NCBI GenBank assembly: GCA_046290225.1
Contig: JBKAGE010000036.1
Span: 224,001 to 288,000, forward strand
DNA: 64,000 bases
From: Bradymonadia bacterium
Lineage (GTDB): Bacteria > Myxococcota_A > Bradymonadia > UBA7976 > UBA1532
Direction of reading: 5' to 3'
A program made the translations under genes and the position numbers. Shown here one piece after another: positions 18,101-25,449 of this stretch. The notes beneath the pieces were generated by a model. The model was not told where the DNA came from. It was given only the letters and a program-made list of their open reading frames with translations, and did no database searches. The stretch's first letter is position 1, and every line of letters begins with the position of its first letter.

Positions 18101-20176
18101 GCCAGCGTTCACGCTGGGGCTGAGGTTCTGGCTCGCCTGCACGGTGATGACCACGGTGTCGGTGGCCAGCTGCCCTGCCGAGTCCTCTACCTGCAACGTG
18201 GCCGTGAACGAGCCAGAGTTCTGATAGGTGTAGTTGTACGTGGCGTTTCGATCAGCGGTGCTGAACTCGAAGGTGCCGTCCCCGTCGGCATCCCACCGAT
18301 AGGCGTCAATGGTGGCGTCGGTGTCCGGGTGGAACGAGTCCGCGTGACTGAAGGTCACCTGGCCAGCGCCGCCGCCAGAGCAGCCCTCGATGACTGTGTC
18401 GGGCGCCACCGCGGCCACCGCCTCTGGCTTCGGGGTAAAGAGGGTGGGCGTCAGCACCAGCACCCCCATCGTCGTAGCCAGCTCAAAGTCGAGGTGGTCG
18501 TGGCTGCTGTAGGGGCCCCACCCCTGCCAGCTGCCGTCGGCATTCTGGGTGCGCAGCAGCGAGACCGAGTCCTGGTGATACCAGTCGAGGCCGTTGAAGT
18601 CGGCGATCTCCGGCACTGTGGATCGGGCGCCCTTCTGGTTCGAGTATATGGCGTACATCTTCAGCTGGGCGCCGTTGCTGTTGTTGTAGTTGCCGTCGTG
18701 CCACTGGCGCGTGAAGTTGTTGCCGATCCAGTCGAAGGAGCGGTCGAAGATCTGGTGCGCTTCGCAGCGGGTGATGCTGGCGTAGGGCAGGTAGGGCTGC
18801 TCGTTGACGTTCACCCCGTTGGCGCCGTCACAGTTGAACTGGTTGGGATCGTTCCAACCCAGCAGACCACCGCCCACCAGCAGGCCACCGGTGAGGTTCT
18901 CCGGCGCGTAGGCGGCGTTCCAGCCCTTGGCGTTGCGGTAGGAGACCACGCCGCTGGCGAACTGGGAGTGACGCAGCTGGTTGGCGATACGACCCCGGGC
19001 GAAGTCGTTCACATAGACGCCGTAATCCTCCATGGCCCGGTAGCAGCTCTCGAGGCCGATGAGGCCCCACTGCACCGTCGAGCCATCAGCGTTGTTCGTG
19101 GTCGTGGAAGGATTGGGGGTGTAGTACCAGGCCCCCATACCGTTCACGTCCTGGGCACCATCCATCTGGGCCCAGACCAGCCAGTCCACCATCTGCTGAC
19201 CCACGAAGGGCCAGGTCTGGTTCTGGGCGACGCCCAGCTGCACCACGGTGTCGCCGAGGGGGGCAGTGGCCACCCCCATGCCGGCGATGGCCACGCCGTT
19301 GCCGTAGATGCGGTTGGTGGTGATGCCGTTGAAGTAGAGCCCCTGGCCATCATTGGTGCCGACCACGGCGGGGTTGCCGTCGTCGCCCTCGTCGTCGCCG
19401 CTGAGGCCGCCCTGATAGGCCGCGTTGCTCATGAACCAGTTGATCACGCGGATCGCATCCTCCGAGTACGGAGAGTTGTTCCACATCTGATCGTTCTGGA
19501 AGGTCTCGTCGGCGGTCATGGGGCCCACATAGGTCCCTGGAGGATAGGCCGCGATGTAACCGTTGAGCGTCAGCGCCCAGATGTAGGCCCCCGAAGAGGC
19601 GGCCTGATCCTGCCCGGCGTTGGAGTCGGGCCCCCGGACGCTGCCGGTGATGGTGTTGTTGCTCCCCGCCCGGTTCACCATCTGCTTGTGCATGAACCAC
19701 AAGCCGTTGTCGATGGCCCGACGGCGCATGATGCCGAGCTGGTTCTCCGTGGCGTTGTTGGCGTTGGAGAGCGTGGGCACGTCGGCGTAGATGAACACCG
19801 GGTACGAGCCGAAGGCGGTGTCACCGGCGTTGTCGGTGACCCGAATGTTGGCGATGATCAACGTGTTCTCGGCGACGTCGGGGTAGGTGTACGACGCCTC
19901 GAGCACGTAGGGATCGCTCGTGTTGTAGGTGTAGTCGTAGGTGCCGTCGCCCTGGTAGTCGAAGGACACGGTGTACGGCCCCGATCCTTCACGCACGATG
20001 GCCTTGAAGGTGGTGGCCGTCTGGTTCATGGCCGCGTGGGGCACGGTCAGATCGTTGGGGTTCTGGGGGACCGGCACCACAGTGAGCGCCGACGCGGTGC
20101 CCACAGCCGCCAGGGTGCTGAAACAGCCCAGGAGAGCGCCGAGCCAACGTCGGCGAAGATTTCGGTGACGATTCAT
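10826..20176 (-). CDS. Giant secreted multidomain protein (about 3116 aa): QW-repeat alpha/alpha domain, about 18 PKD/Ig domains, TSP3 repeats, C-terminal hexapeptide left-handed beta-helix
   Basis: GGAGGT RBS before ATG 20176; Sec signal ...GTASA; QNADGSW; repeated Y.WD(L/F)D.DG and LRVTD; DNCP..N..Q.D.D.DG.GD.C; (V/I)GDN hexapeptides. Confidence 0.9.
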   Translation of the reverse strand: MNRHRNLRRRWLGALLGCFSTLAAVGTASALTVVPVPQNPNDLTVPHAAMNQTATTFKAIVREGSGPYTVSFDYQGDGTYDYTYNTSDPYVLEASYTYPDVAENTLIIANIRVTDNAGDTAFGSYPVFIYADVPTLSNANNATENQLGIMRRRAIDNGLWFMHKQMVNRAGSNNTITGSVRGPDSNAGQDQAASSGAYIWALTLNGYIAAYPPGTYVGPMTADETFQNDQMWNNSPYSEDAIRVINWFMSNAAYQGGLSGDDEGDDGNPAVVGTNDGQGLYFNGITTNRIYGNGVAIAGMGVATAPLGDTVVQLGVAQNQTWPFVGQQMVDWLVWAQMDGAQDVNGMGAWYYTPNPSTTTNNADGSTVQWGLIGLESCYRAMEDYGVYVNDFARGRIANQLRHSQFASGVVSYRNAKGWNAAYAPENLTGGLLVGGGLLGWNDPNQFNCDGANGVNVNEQPYLPYASITRCEAHQIFDRSFDWIGNNFTRQWHDGNYNNSNGAQLKMYAIYSNQKGARSTVPEIADFNGLDWYHQDSVSLLRTQNADGSWQGWGPYSSHDHLDFELATTMGVLVLTPTLFTPKPEAVAAVAPDTVIEGCSGGGAGQVTFSHADSFHPDTDATIDAYRWDADGDGTFEFSTADRNATYNYTYQNSGSFTATLQVEDSAGQLATDTVVITVQASQNLSPSVNAGPDYEVNLGETLALQGSGSDPNVGCGDEVAFAWDLTGNGQFGDASGATPLLSANTLSALGVGAHTITIRGTDENNASVTDTATLTIYDNSPEAAFSLNVAQGSCNGALNADGRSSRHRSPLNSIQSYDWTLELAGLDGQFVQAAQAQGSTANFTLGGFGQARVTLVVTDEDGNTDTATETIDVNQGNRPPQAEANGPYVLDSGDGVTLSAAGSSDADVAQCGDSVTYAWDLDGDGQFDDGDGASLALNAGQVSSIFAGPANPNTGLPSNTVTVRVTDAFGISHTDSATLTIFGTRPVAAGVITPDPAGIAVNGLATINLDARASGHESPEGQNQAWTWDLDGDGSVDANGEQASLQVVFNPRPNGDATRTVRLTVTDANGNADTTDIVANFRFNAPQNAPTANAGGPYVVEIGQSFTLDASNSSDADEGAPFFDFISRVEWDLNNDGVFDFSADRADTNGDGRIDGNDDGPYTQVVTAQQLAGLGINADGDYPVTVRVTDGVGLTGTDGAILDLRGVNPIAEGSASVNVAGCNQDVSFDGRASSHENPDKNITAYAWDFESDGTFDANTAVATHAYPAFGNYTATLRVSDADGRTDEITIDIAVSAGNLPPVGETNGPYEMELGDDLTLDASGSGDPDSACGDSVVTYEWLVDLGNGEEVIANGANPTVAANDLQGLQGPAHPNTGLPANTLILRVTDSLGRSNTAETTLTVYGGDPVPVADAQPDPAPIQVGNNTATTRLDATGSSHQNPVRSNVSYSWDLDDNGTEDANGAQADLAVVFDPVPNNPVDRDVRLTVTDDAGNSASVVFQVTFQPPPTPPVIDADPTDNPETGYAIDLGQGVTLDASASYDLDVDDFGDFIARFEWDVDNDGTADSIFERADTNNDGNPDADGALQATLALTAQDLAGFGLDAPGEYTVTLRGYDALGLSNTDTTVITVYGIDPIADAAANTNQAGCDQTIEFTGEGSSHQNPNRNIVAYAWDFDYQVGSFEAQANGQTVNHEFDGFGDYTVALRVTDDAGRTSIDTVDVQVNAGNRPPEAALAGPIFGTVGAGITLDASASVDPDADCGDAIATYGFDIDNDGTVDVTQDDATLAVTWAQIQGFGLSFPADPESGAPNNTISVTVTDGFGATSTVGTTVTLYGNNPRPSFEIAANPTLVRMSGVGVASVDASGSGHDNPGRNNVTYSWDLDNDGDEDATGAQVELSKRFEGASDGDTFEVPVRLTVTDDEGASADVVGTLNFLYRQAPNAPVLEGPTTFGIDFDGVVDLTISTRASRSGDANAPYFDFITEVAWDLDRDGQPDYTNTLRDANNNGFLDEGDFDALNEGEMDTVTFTYDQMSNDTDVDAAGEYTIDVYITDASGLTTSGTRTLNVYDIVPVADFQVSAAVAACGEELTFDASNSSHTNPNREIVLYQWDFDSDGSFDAEGQTVDFTYTQFGDFVATLRVTDAQGNTDTHEVAVEVSSGNRAPSPALDGPYTLNTGEALTINASASSDPDEICGDAIASYTVALNGAQIGAFGAGFNGEATFNAAELANNGLQGPANPNTHQPGNTITLTVTDGFGVESVVTTSLVVYDNEPVAVFGADTQVAGCGTPFNFDAAGSFHTDPRRGLANYAWDFSYDGNFQAEANGVEASNEYTTPGDHVVALQVTDEAGQTDLTTMTVTLSVQNVAPVADAGDAYQTAFVNGNPIAIDLDATDSFDANAPCDSIVSYQWDLDGDGAYDDAEGPVIEGYTNPNWAAGLSQVVRVRVTDGSGASSTADAIIRVLDEPPPSITSTAPSGGSTVCGTIDLAFDVSDPEGDVVTVIASVGGQEIGRQDYDTPDDGSALSEVMQVLSEDIGDGEFRVTLEARDGGGARVEDVSDAFTVSTADTDNDGVYNCADNCPDDANADQADTDGDGLGDACETDTDNDGVADDTDNCIDTQNPGQDDQDADGLGDACDLCAADPDNDIDNDGICGDVDNCPRHANPGQVDDNGDGFGDVCVNPDADLGEGNDIGVGVEVGEGVELGDGSAVGDNVNLGDNADLGDNVQLGDNVDVGEGADLGNNVQVEEDVAIGDGANIENGVEIGAGADVGNNVEIAALADVGDNADIGDNVVIQENVVVGNDVELAGGDNPVNVGIGANVGDGSTVDEGTVIGNGVEVGAGSDVGANVELQPNTSVGEGAQVADNVTVNANSDVGDNANIGEGAIISDYVEVGNDVTVGAGTEVGYSATVGDNVTFGANGTIRGTVGNNVTIGDRANMRGRVTVNDNTTIGDDLTMRHLDTIGTGGVIGNGFTMGSRASIGDRAQVANNVVLNYRASVGHDAVLADEVQVDDSTQIGDNANIGARTRLYSRGVVGNNVTIGQDCIIGNRTTIGDNTVIEDYTIVYREASIGANVIIRNSGAPDTPRNIGHRNGQVVIGDGAVVDEDLQDRTEVPAAP
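12137..12490 (-). repeat. Thrombospondin type 3 Ca-binding repeats
   Basis: DNCPDDANADQADTDGDGLGDAC and similar units. Confidence 0.85.
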
Positions 20177-20415
20177 CTCGACCACCTCCACATGTAAGCC
20201 CTAAATATCATTCTGCTTTAACCTGCTATAACGCACGTATTCCAATCATGCGGGAGCATACTCAACCGACCATGAATTGTGAATACAAAGGCGCCTCTCA
20301 ACATACATTGGAGACAATATCACCCAATAGAAACACTGACCCACTTTGAACCCACTCGATCGAGCGAAACAGCAACACGTGGCAGTGGTGAATCTGTAGA
20401 GGGGAAGGCGCCGCT

Positions 20416-21672
20416 TCAGCGGCCTTGGAAGACCGTTTCGTCGATCTCCAGGTTGAGGCGCTCGAATCGGTCGAAGAAGAACGGCACATCGCCCGAGGCG
20501 AGGAACCGACCTCTCACACGTCCTTCGCGATCCGAACCGGTCTCCTCGAAGCGGAAGATGTCTCGCAAGGTGATCAGGCCATCTTCGTCGAGGCCCATGA
20601 TTTCGCTGATCTGCGTCACGCGCCGGGTGCCATCGGAGAGCTGGGTCAGCTGAATGACCAGCTCGAGCCCCTGCACGATCTGATTGCGCACCACCATCGG
20701 CGGCACGCTGCGCCCTGCCAGGTGCACGAGGTTCTCGAGGCGCAACACCACCTCTTGCGGGCTCGCGGCGTGAATGACCGCCATCGACCCTCGGTGACCG
20801 CTGGTCAGCGCCTGCAGGTAGTCGAAGGCCTCGGGGCCTCTGATCTCCCCGAGGATGATGCGGTGGGGCCGCATGCGCAGGCTGTTGACGAAGAGATCTC
20901 TCAGGGTGACCTCGCCCTTGCCCTCGATGTTGGCGTTGCGGGTCTCCATACGCACCACGTGCTGCTGCCTGAGCCGCAGCTCGCAGTTGTCCTCGATGGT
21001 GATGATGCGCTCTCGCTCGTCGATGTAGGCGGAGAGCACCTCCATCAGGGTGGTCTTGCCAGCGCCGGTGGCCCCGGAGATGAGCATGTTGATGCCTGCC
21101 TGTACGCAGGCCCACAAGAACCGGGCCATGGCCACGTCGAGGGTGCCCACCTCCATCAGCTCTTCCAGGCCCGCCATGCTCTTGCCAGGCTTGCGCAGGG
21201 TGACGAAGGGGCCGCCCACGGCGATGGGGCTGTAGACCACGTTCACCCGAGTGCCGTCTTCGAGGTGCAGGTCGGCGCAAGGGCTCGACTCGTCTACGCG
21301 GCGGCCAGAGACCCGAGCCATGCGCTGCACCACCGATTTCAGGTGATGATCGTCGTCGAACCGGAGCTTGCTCTCTTCGAAGATGCCGTTGCGCTCCACA
21401 TAGATGACCTTGGGGCCGTTCACCATGATCTCGGTGACGCTGCCATCTTGGAGCAGGGCGCTCAGCGGGCCATACCCGATGAGATCATCGACGATCTCGT
21501 CGAGCATCCTCTCCCGCTCGTGGGCATCGAGGCGTACGCCGCGCACCCGCTTGAGGTAGCCCTCCAGCTCACGGCGCAACTCGGCGCGGTTGGACTTCTC
21601 CAGCCCTGCACCGCCGCCGCGATCCCGAAACAGGCGGTCTCTGATGGAGCGCTTCAGCTCGGCACGGTTCAT
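20416..21672 (-). CDS. cpaF: Tad/Flp pilus assembly ATPase, CpaF/TadA family
   Basis: GYGPL, VTEIMVNGP, RRVDESSP, Walker A GATGAGKTT, Asp box TIED..EL, LRMRPHRIILGEIRG, His box GH.GS...HA; start MNRAELK with GGAGG RBS. Confidence 0.9.
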   Translation of the reverse strand: MNRAELKRSIRDRLFRDRGGGAGLEKSNRAELRRELEGYLKRVRGVRLDAHERERMLDEIVDDLIGYGPLSALLQDGSVTEIMVNGPKVIYVERNGIFEESKLRFDDDHHLKSVVQRMARVSGRRVDESSPCADLHLEDGTRVNVVYSPIAVGGPFVTLRKPGKSMAGLEELMEVGTLDVAMARFLWACVQAGINMLISGATGAGKTTLMEVLSAYIDERERIITIEDNCELRLRQQHVVRMETRNANIEGKGEVTLRDLFVNSLRMRPHRIILGEIRGPEAFDYLQALTSGHRGSMAVIHAASPQEVVLRLENLVHLAGRSVPPMVVRNQIVQGLELVIQLTQLSDGTRRVTQISEIMGLDEDGLITLRDIFRFEETGSDREGRVRGRFLASGDVPFFFDRFERLNLEIDETVFQGR

Positions 21673-21755
21673 CGATCCTCCTACGACTCTACCTCTGACG
21701 TTGACCCATGACCTTCGGTGGCGCAACCTCCTCCCTCGAACCCAGGAGTACCCCC

Positions 21756-22052
21756 ATGGACGATCAGACCCGAATCGAAATCGAAGCCGCAGCCTTTCGT
21801 CGTCTCGTAGCACATCTGCGCGGGCGCACCGACGTGCAGAACATCGACCTCATGAACCTCGCGGGCTTCTGCCGCAACTGCCTGAGCAAGTGGTATCAGG
21901 CCGAGGCCGCGGATCGCGGGGTGGAGATGACCAAGCCCGAGGCCCGGGAGACCGTTTACGGCATGCCCTACGACGAGTGGAAGACGAAGTATCAGACGGA
22001 GGCCACGCCAGAGCAAAAGGCGGCCTTCGAGGCGGGCCAGAGCAAGAGCTGA
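21756..22052 (+). CDS. DUF1244 family protein
   Basis: EAAAFRRLV.HL..RTDVQNIDLMNLAGFCRNCLSKWY...YGMPYDEWK; AGGAG RBS. Confidence 0.9.
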   Translation: MDDQTRIEIEAAAFRRLVAHLRGRTDVQNIDLMNLAGFCRNCLSKWYQAEAADRGVEMTKPEARETVYGMPYDEWKTKYQTEATPEQKAAFEAGQSKS

Positions 22053-22057
22053 CTGCG

Positions 22058-22987
22058 CTATCGAGTTTGGGCCATCCATTCGATGGCTGTGGCCTCTGGC
22101 GGCTGATTGGGCGGATAGCCCACGTGCCCCCCCCATGGGCTCCACGACAACGTCAACAGCGGGTGCCCTCCCCCGTCGATGATCTCTCTCAGCGGCCCCG
22201 CGGGGATGAACGGATCGTGCTCTGCAGCGATGACCAGGGCGCGACGATCCAGCTGCTCGACCCGATGCGCCACTGAGCTCTTCACGTAGTAGTCGTGGGC
22301 GCTGTCGAAGCCAAAGCGCGGCGCCACGGTGAGGGTGTCCCACTCCAAGATGGTCTGCACTGATCGCATGCGGCTCGCCGGCGTGGGCACGGGATCTCGC
22401 CGGGCGATGGCGCCGTACATCTTCTTGAGGGCGTCGAGCATATAGCGCCGATAGATGGGCCACGAGACGGTGTCGAGGTGTTGCTGGGTGCGCTCAAGAT
22501 CGATGGGTGGGCAGATGCCCACCACGCCGAGCACCCGCGGGTCGAGATCTTCGGTGGCGGCCTTGAGGGCCAGGTGACCCCCGAGGGAGTAGCCCATGAT
22601 CCAGATGCGCTCGTCGCTCTGCAGCGACTCGACGATGGCGTGCACATCTTCGGTCAGGCCGGCGTGATAGAAATCGCCCCCCTTCAGATCAGCCCCCCTC
22701 AAGTTGATCCTCAACACGGAATAGCCCGCATCGAGCAGCTGCAGGAGCCCGCTCAACATATAGGCGCTGCCCACACCGCCACCGAGCCCGTGAATCAGGA
22801 TCACGAGATCGGACGCGTCAGCCTGCCGATGCAGGAGGCCGCTGAGCCGGACTGGCCCTCGGCCCTCGGGCTGAACAGTGAGGGACCACCGCTCTCCGCG
22901 AGGCACGGAGATGGGCCGGACCATGTGGCGCAACACCGGCGCCAGGGTCCACACATGGGCGGCGGCTCGATATGTGGGGATGTTCAT
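22058..22987 (-). CDS. YheT-like alpha/beta hydrolase
   Basis: HGLGG, YHAG.TED, GYSLGG, DPF, GGHVGY; 4-bp overlap with the upstream gene. Confidence 0.85.
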   Translation of the reverse strand: MNIPTYRAAAHVWTLAPVLRHMVRPISVPRGERWSLTVQPEGRGPVRLSGLLHRQADASDLVILIHGLGGGVGSAYMLSGLLQLLDAGYSVLRINLRGADLKGGDFYHAGLTEDVHAIVESLQSDERIWIMGYSLGGHLALKAATEDLDPRVLGVVGICPPIDLERTQQHLDTVSWPIYRRYMLDALKKMYGAIARRDPVPTPASRMRSVQTILEWDTLTVAPRFGFDSAHDYYVKSSVAHRVEQLDRRALVIAAEHDPFIPAGPLREIIDGGGHPLLTLSWSPWGGHVGYPPNQPPEATAIEWMAQTR

Positions 22988-25290
22988 GGCTTGTTCTGAC
23001 CTCGGGGGCTCCACTCCATGCGGGGGGTGTACCGCTCGATGGAGCAGTACTGCTTGGGCCAGGCCATGGGCCAGCCGAGCTCGTGGGCGGCGTGGCGGGT
23101 CCAGTACGGATCGAAGAGGTGTACCCGAGCGAGGGCGCACAGATCAGCCCGCCCAGCGGCGATGATGCTGTTGGCGTCGGCGTACGAAGAGATGTTGCCC
23201 ACGGTCATGGTGGCCATCTGGGCCTCGTGGCGTACCTGATCGCTGAAGGGGGTCTGGAACAATCGACCATATCGAGGACGTGCCTCGGTGCTGGTCTGAC
23301 CCGCAGAGACGTCGACGATGTCACAGCCGAGATCCTGGAGCGCCCCGGCGAGGGCCACGGCGTCCTCCGGGGTCCAGGCGCCATCGACCCAATCCGTGCC
23401 GGAGATGCGGGCTGACATAGGCTTGTGTTGGGGCCACACCGCCCGAATCGCCTCGAAGACCTCCAATGGGAAGCGCATACGATTCTCGAGGCTACCGCCA
23501 TAGGCATCGGTGCGCTGGTTGGAGAGCGGGGTGAGGAAGCTCGACAACAAATAGCCGTGGGCGAGGTGCAGCTCGATCATGTCGAAGCCGGCGGCCTCGG
23601 CCCGTTGAGCCGCAGAGACGAAGTCGTCCCGCACAGCGTCCATGTCTGCCCGGGTCATGGCCTTCGGTGTAGCGTTCGCCGGGCTCCAGGGGATCGCCGA
23701 GGGGGCCAGCAAGGGCCAGTTGCCTTCGGGGAGTGGGGCGTCCATGCCTTCCCACATGACCCGAGTGGACCCTTTGCGACCGGCGTGGGCCAGCTGCATG
23801 CACATGCGGGTCTCGCTGTTCTGGTGCACGAAGTCGACGATCCGGCCCCAGGCGGTCACGTGGGCGTCGCTGTACATGCCAGCGCAGCCAGGGGTGATGC
23901 GCCCCTCGGCGCTCACGTCGGTCATCTCGGTGATGATCAAGCCCGCCCCGCCGATGGCTCTGCTGCCCAGATGAACCAGGTGCCAGTCGTTGGGCATGCC
24001 GTCTTCGGCGGAGTACTGGCACATGGGCGAGACCACCACCCGGTTGGGCAGCACCATGTCCCGGAGCTTGAAGGGGGTGAGCAGCGGCGGCGGGCTCTGA
24101 CCTTCCGGGCTGCGATGCACCGGGACACCGCTCTGGGCCTCGGCCCGATCGGCATGCCACTGATCGACCCGGGCCACCATCTCAGGATCCCGCAGGCGTA
24201 GATTCTCGTGGGTGATGCGGAGGCTGCGGGTGAGCAGACTGAAGGCGAACTGAAGCGGCTCGAGGCGGCCGAAGTAGCGCTCGGTCTCCTCGAACCATTG
24301 CAGGCTTACCTGAGCCGCTCGCTGGGTGCTCTCCACCCCTGTCCGGCGCTCTTCTTCGTACATCTCCAGGGCCTCGGAGACCTGCCCGGGCCTGGCCTCA
24401 AGGGCGTCGACGAGGGCGATGGCGTCTTCCATGGCCAGCTTGGTGCCCGAGCCGATGCTGAAGTGAGCGGTGTGGGCAGCGTCGCCGAGCAGCACCACGT
24501 TCTCGTGGTGCCATCTGGCGTTGCTCACCGTGGGGAACTGCCGCCAGATGGACCGGTTGGCGAGCAACGGGTGGCCTTCGAGCTCTTCAGCGAACAGCTC
24601 GGCGCAGTAGGCCGCCGTGGTGTCTTCGTCAGCCTCGTGCAGGCCTGCAGCCCGCCACGTCTCCTCCGTGGCCTCGACGATGAAGGTGCTCAGCCCCTGA
24701 TCATATTGGTAGGCGTGCACCCGCCACAGGCCATGCGCGTTCTCCTTGAAGTAGAACGTGAAAGCGGAGAACGGCCGGGTGGTGCCCAGCCACACGAATC
24801 GATTGGGCCGCCAGTCCAGAGTGGGCTGAAAGTGCTCCGCCAGGGCGCCGCGGATACCGCTGTTCACCCCATCGCAGGCGACGATCAGGTCAGCATCGGC
24901 GAAGGCTCGGTGGTCTTCCACGGGGTGTTCGAAGATCAGCTCCACCCCCAAAGTGGCTGCCCGCTCGTACAGGATGTCGAGCAGGGTCTGACGCGCCAGG
25001 CCGCTGAAGCCATGGCCGGTGGAGACCTCGACCTCACCCTGGTAGTGAATGTGGATGTCGTCCCAGTGGGCAAAGGCCGCCGTGATGGCGCCATACGTCA
25101 CCGGATCTGCCTCGGCGAGGTTGCCCAGGGTCTCGTCGGAGAACACCACCCCGAACCCGAAGGTGTCGTCGGCGCGGTTGCGCTCGTAGATCCGCACACG
25201 GTGCTCGGGGCGCTTTTGTTTGAGCAAGATGCCGAGGTAGACCCCAGCAGGGCCACCGCCAATACAGACCACGTCGAGGGGGGCGCTCAA
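22984..25290 (-). CDS. Bifunctional salicylyl-CoA 5-hydroxylase/oxidoreductase (2-aminobenzoyl-CoA monooxygenase/reductase type)
   Basis: FAD monooxygenase half ([38 protein letters not shown]) fused to an OYE half ([36 protein letters not shown]); GGAGG then TTG at 25290. Confidence 0.92.
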   Translation of the reverse strand: MSAPLDVVCIGGGPAGVYLGILLKQKRPEHRVRIYERNRADDTFGFGVVFSDETLGNLAEADPVTYGAITAAFAHWDDIHIHYQGEVEVSTGHGFSGLARQTLLDILYERAATLGVELIFEHPVEDHRAFADADLIVACDGVNSGIRGALAEHFQPTLDWRPNRFVWLGTTRPFSAFTFYFKENAHGLWRVHAYQYDQGLSTFIVEATEETWRAAGLHEADEDTTAAYCAELFAEELEGHPLLANRSIWRQFPTVSNARWHHENVVLLGDAAHTAHFSIGSGTKLAMEDAIALVDALEARPGQVSEALEMYEEERRTGVESTQRAAQVSLQWFEETERYFGRLEPLQFAFSLLTRSLRITHENLRLRDPEMVARVDQWHADRAEAQSGVPVHRSPEGQSPPPLLTPFKLRDMVLPNRVVVSPMCQYSAEDGMPNDWHLVHLGSRAIGGAGLIITEMTDVSAEGRITPGCAGMYSDAHVTAWGRIVDFVHQNSETRMCMQLAHAGRKGSTRVMWEGMDAPLPEGNWPLLAPSAIPWSPANATPKAMTRADMDAVRDDFVSAAQRAEAAGFDMIELHLAHGYLLSSFLTPLSNQRTDAYGGSLENRMRFPLEVFEAIRAVWPQHKPMSARISGTDWVDGAWTPEDAVALAGALQDLGCDIVDVSAGQTSTEARPRYGRLFQTPFSDQVRHEAQMATMTVGNISSYADANSIIAAGRADLCALARVHLFDPYWTRHAAHELGWPMAWPKQYCSIERYTPRMEWSPRGQNKP

Positions 25291-25449
25291 TCTCTGACCT
25301 CCGAGTGCGTTCACCGCGAGACACATTCTGCTGCCCACAGCACCACGTCAAGGCGACCAGACACATCGACGTGCGATTGGCCTGGACGCCCTCGCCCTTC
25401 GTCATTTATTGAGGCTGTCATCGCTCACCCTGATGAGGACATCTATAAT

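Noticed and set aside
18430..19740. Alpha-2-macroglobulin thioester domain or active terpene cyclase
   Set aside because: No CxEQ thioester motif and no DxDD catalytic motif in either paralogue.
11306..20197. Very long plus-strand ORFs (903, 1142 and 622 aa) antisense to the giant gene, and similar ones opposite other genes (e.g. 35939-37837, 54707-56599)
   Set aside because: Shadow ORFs expected from high-GC codon bias; Val/Gly/His/Arg-rich translations with no motifs.
24208..25449. N-terminal extensions in the ORF track suggesting fusions (S46 from 24208, NUDIX from 3947, PdxH from 59812)
   Set aside because: The extensions are antisense to real genes; family motifs and plausible starts begin at 25450, 4568 and 62344.
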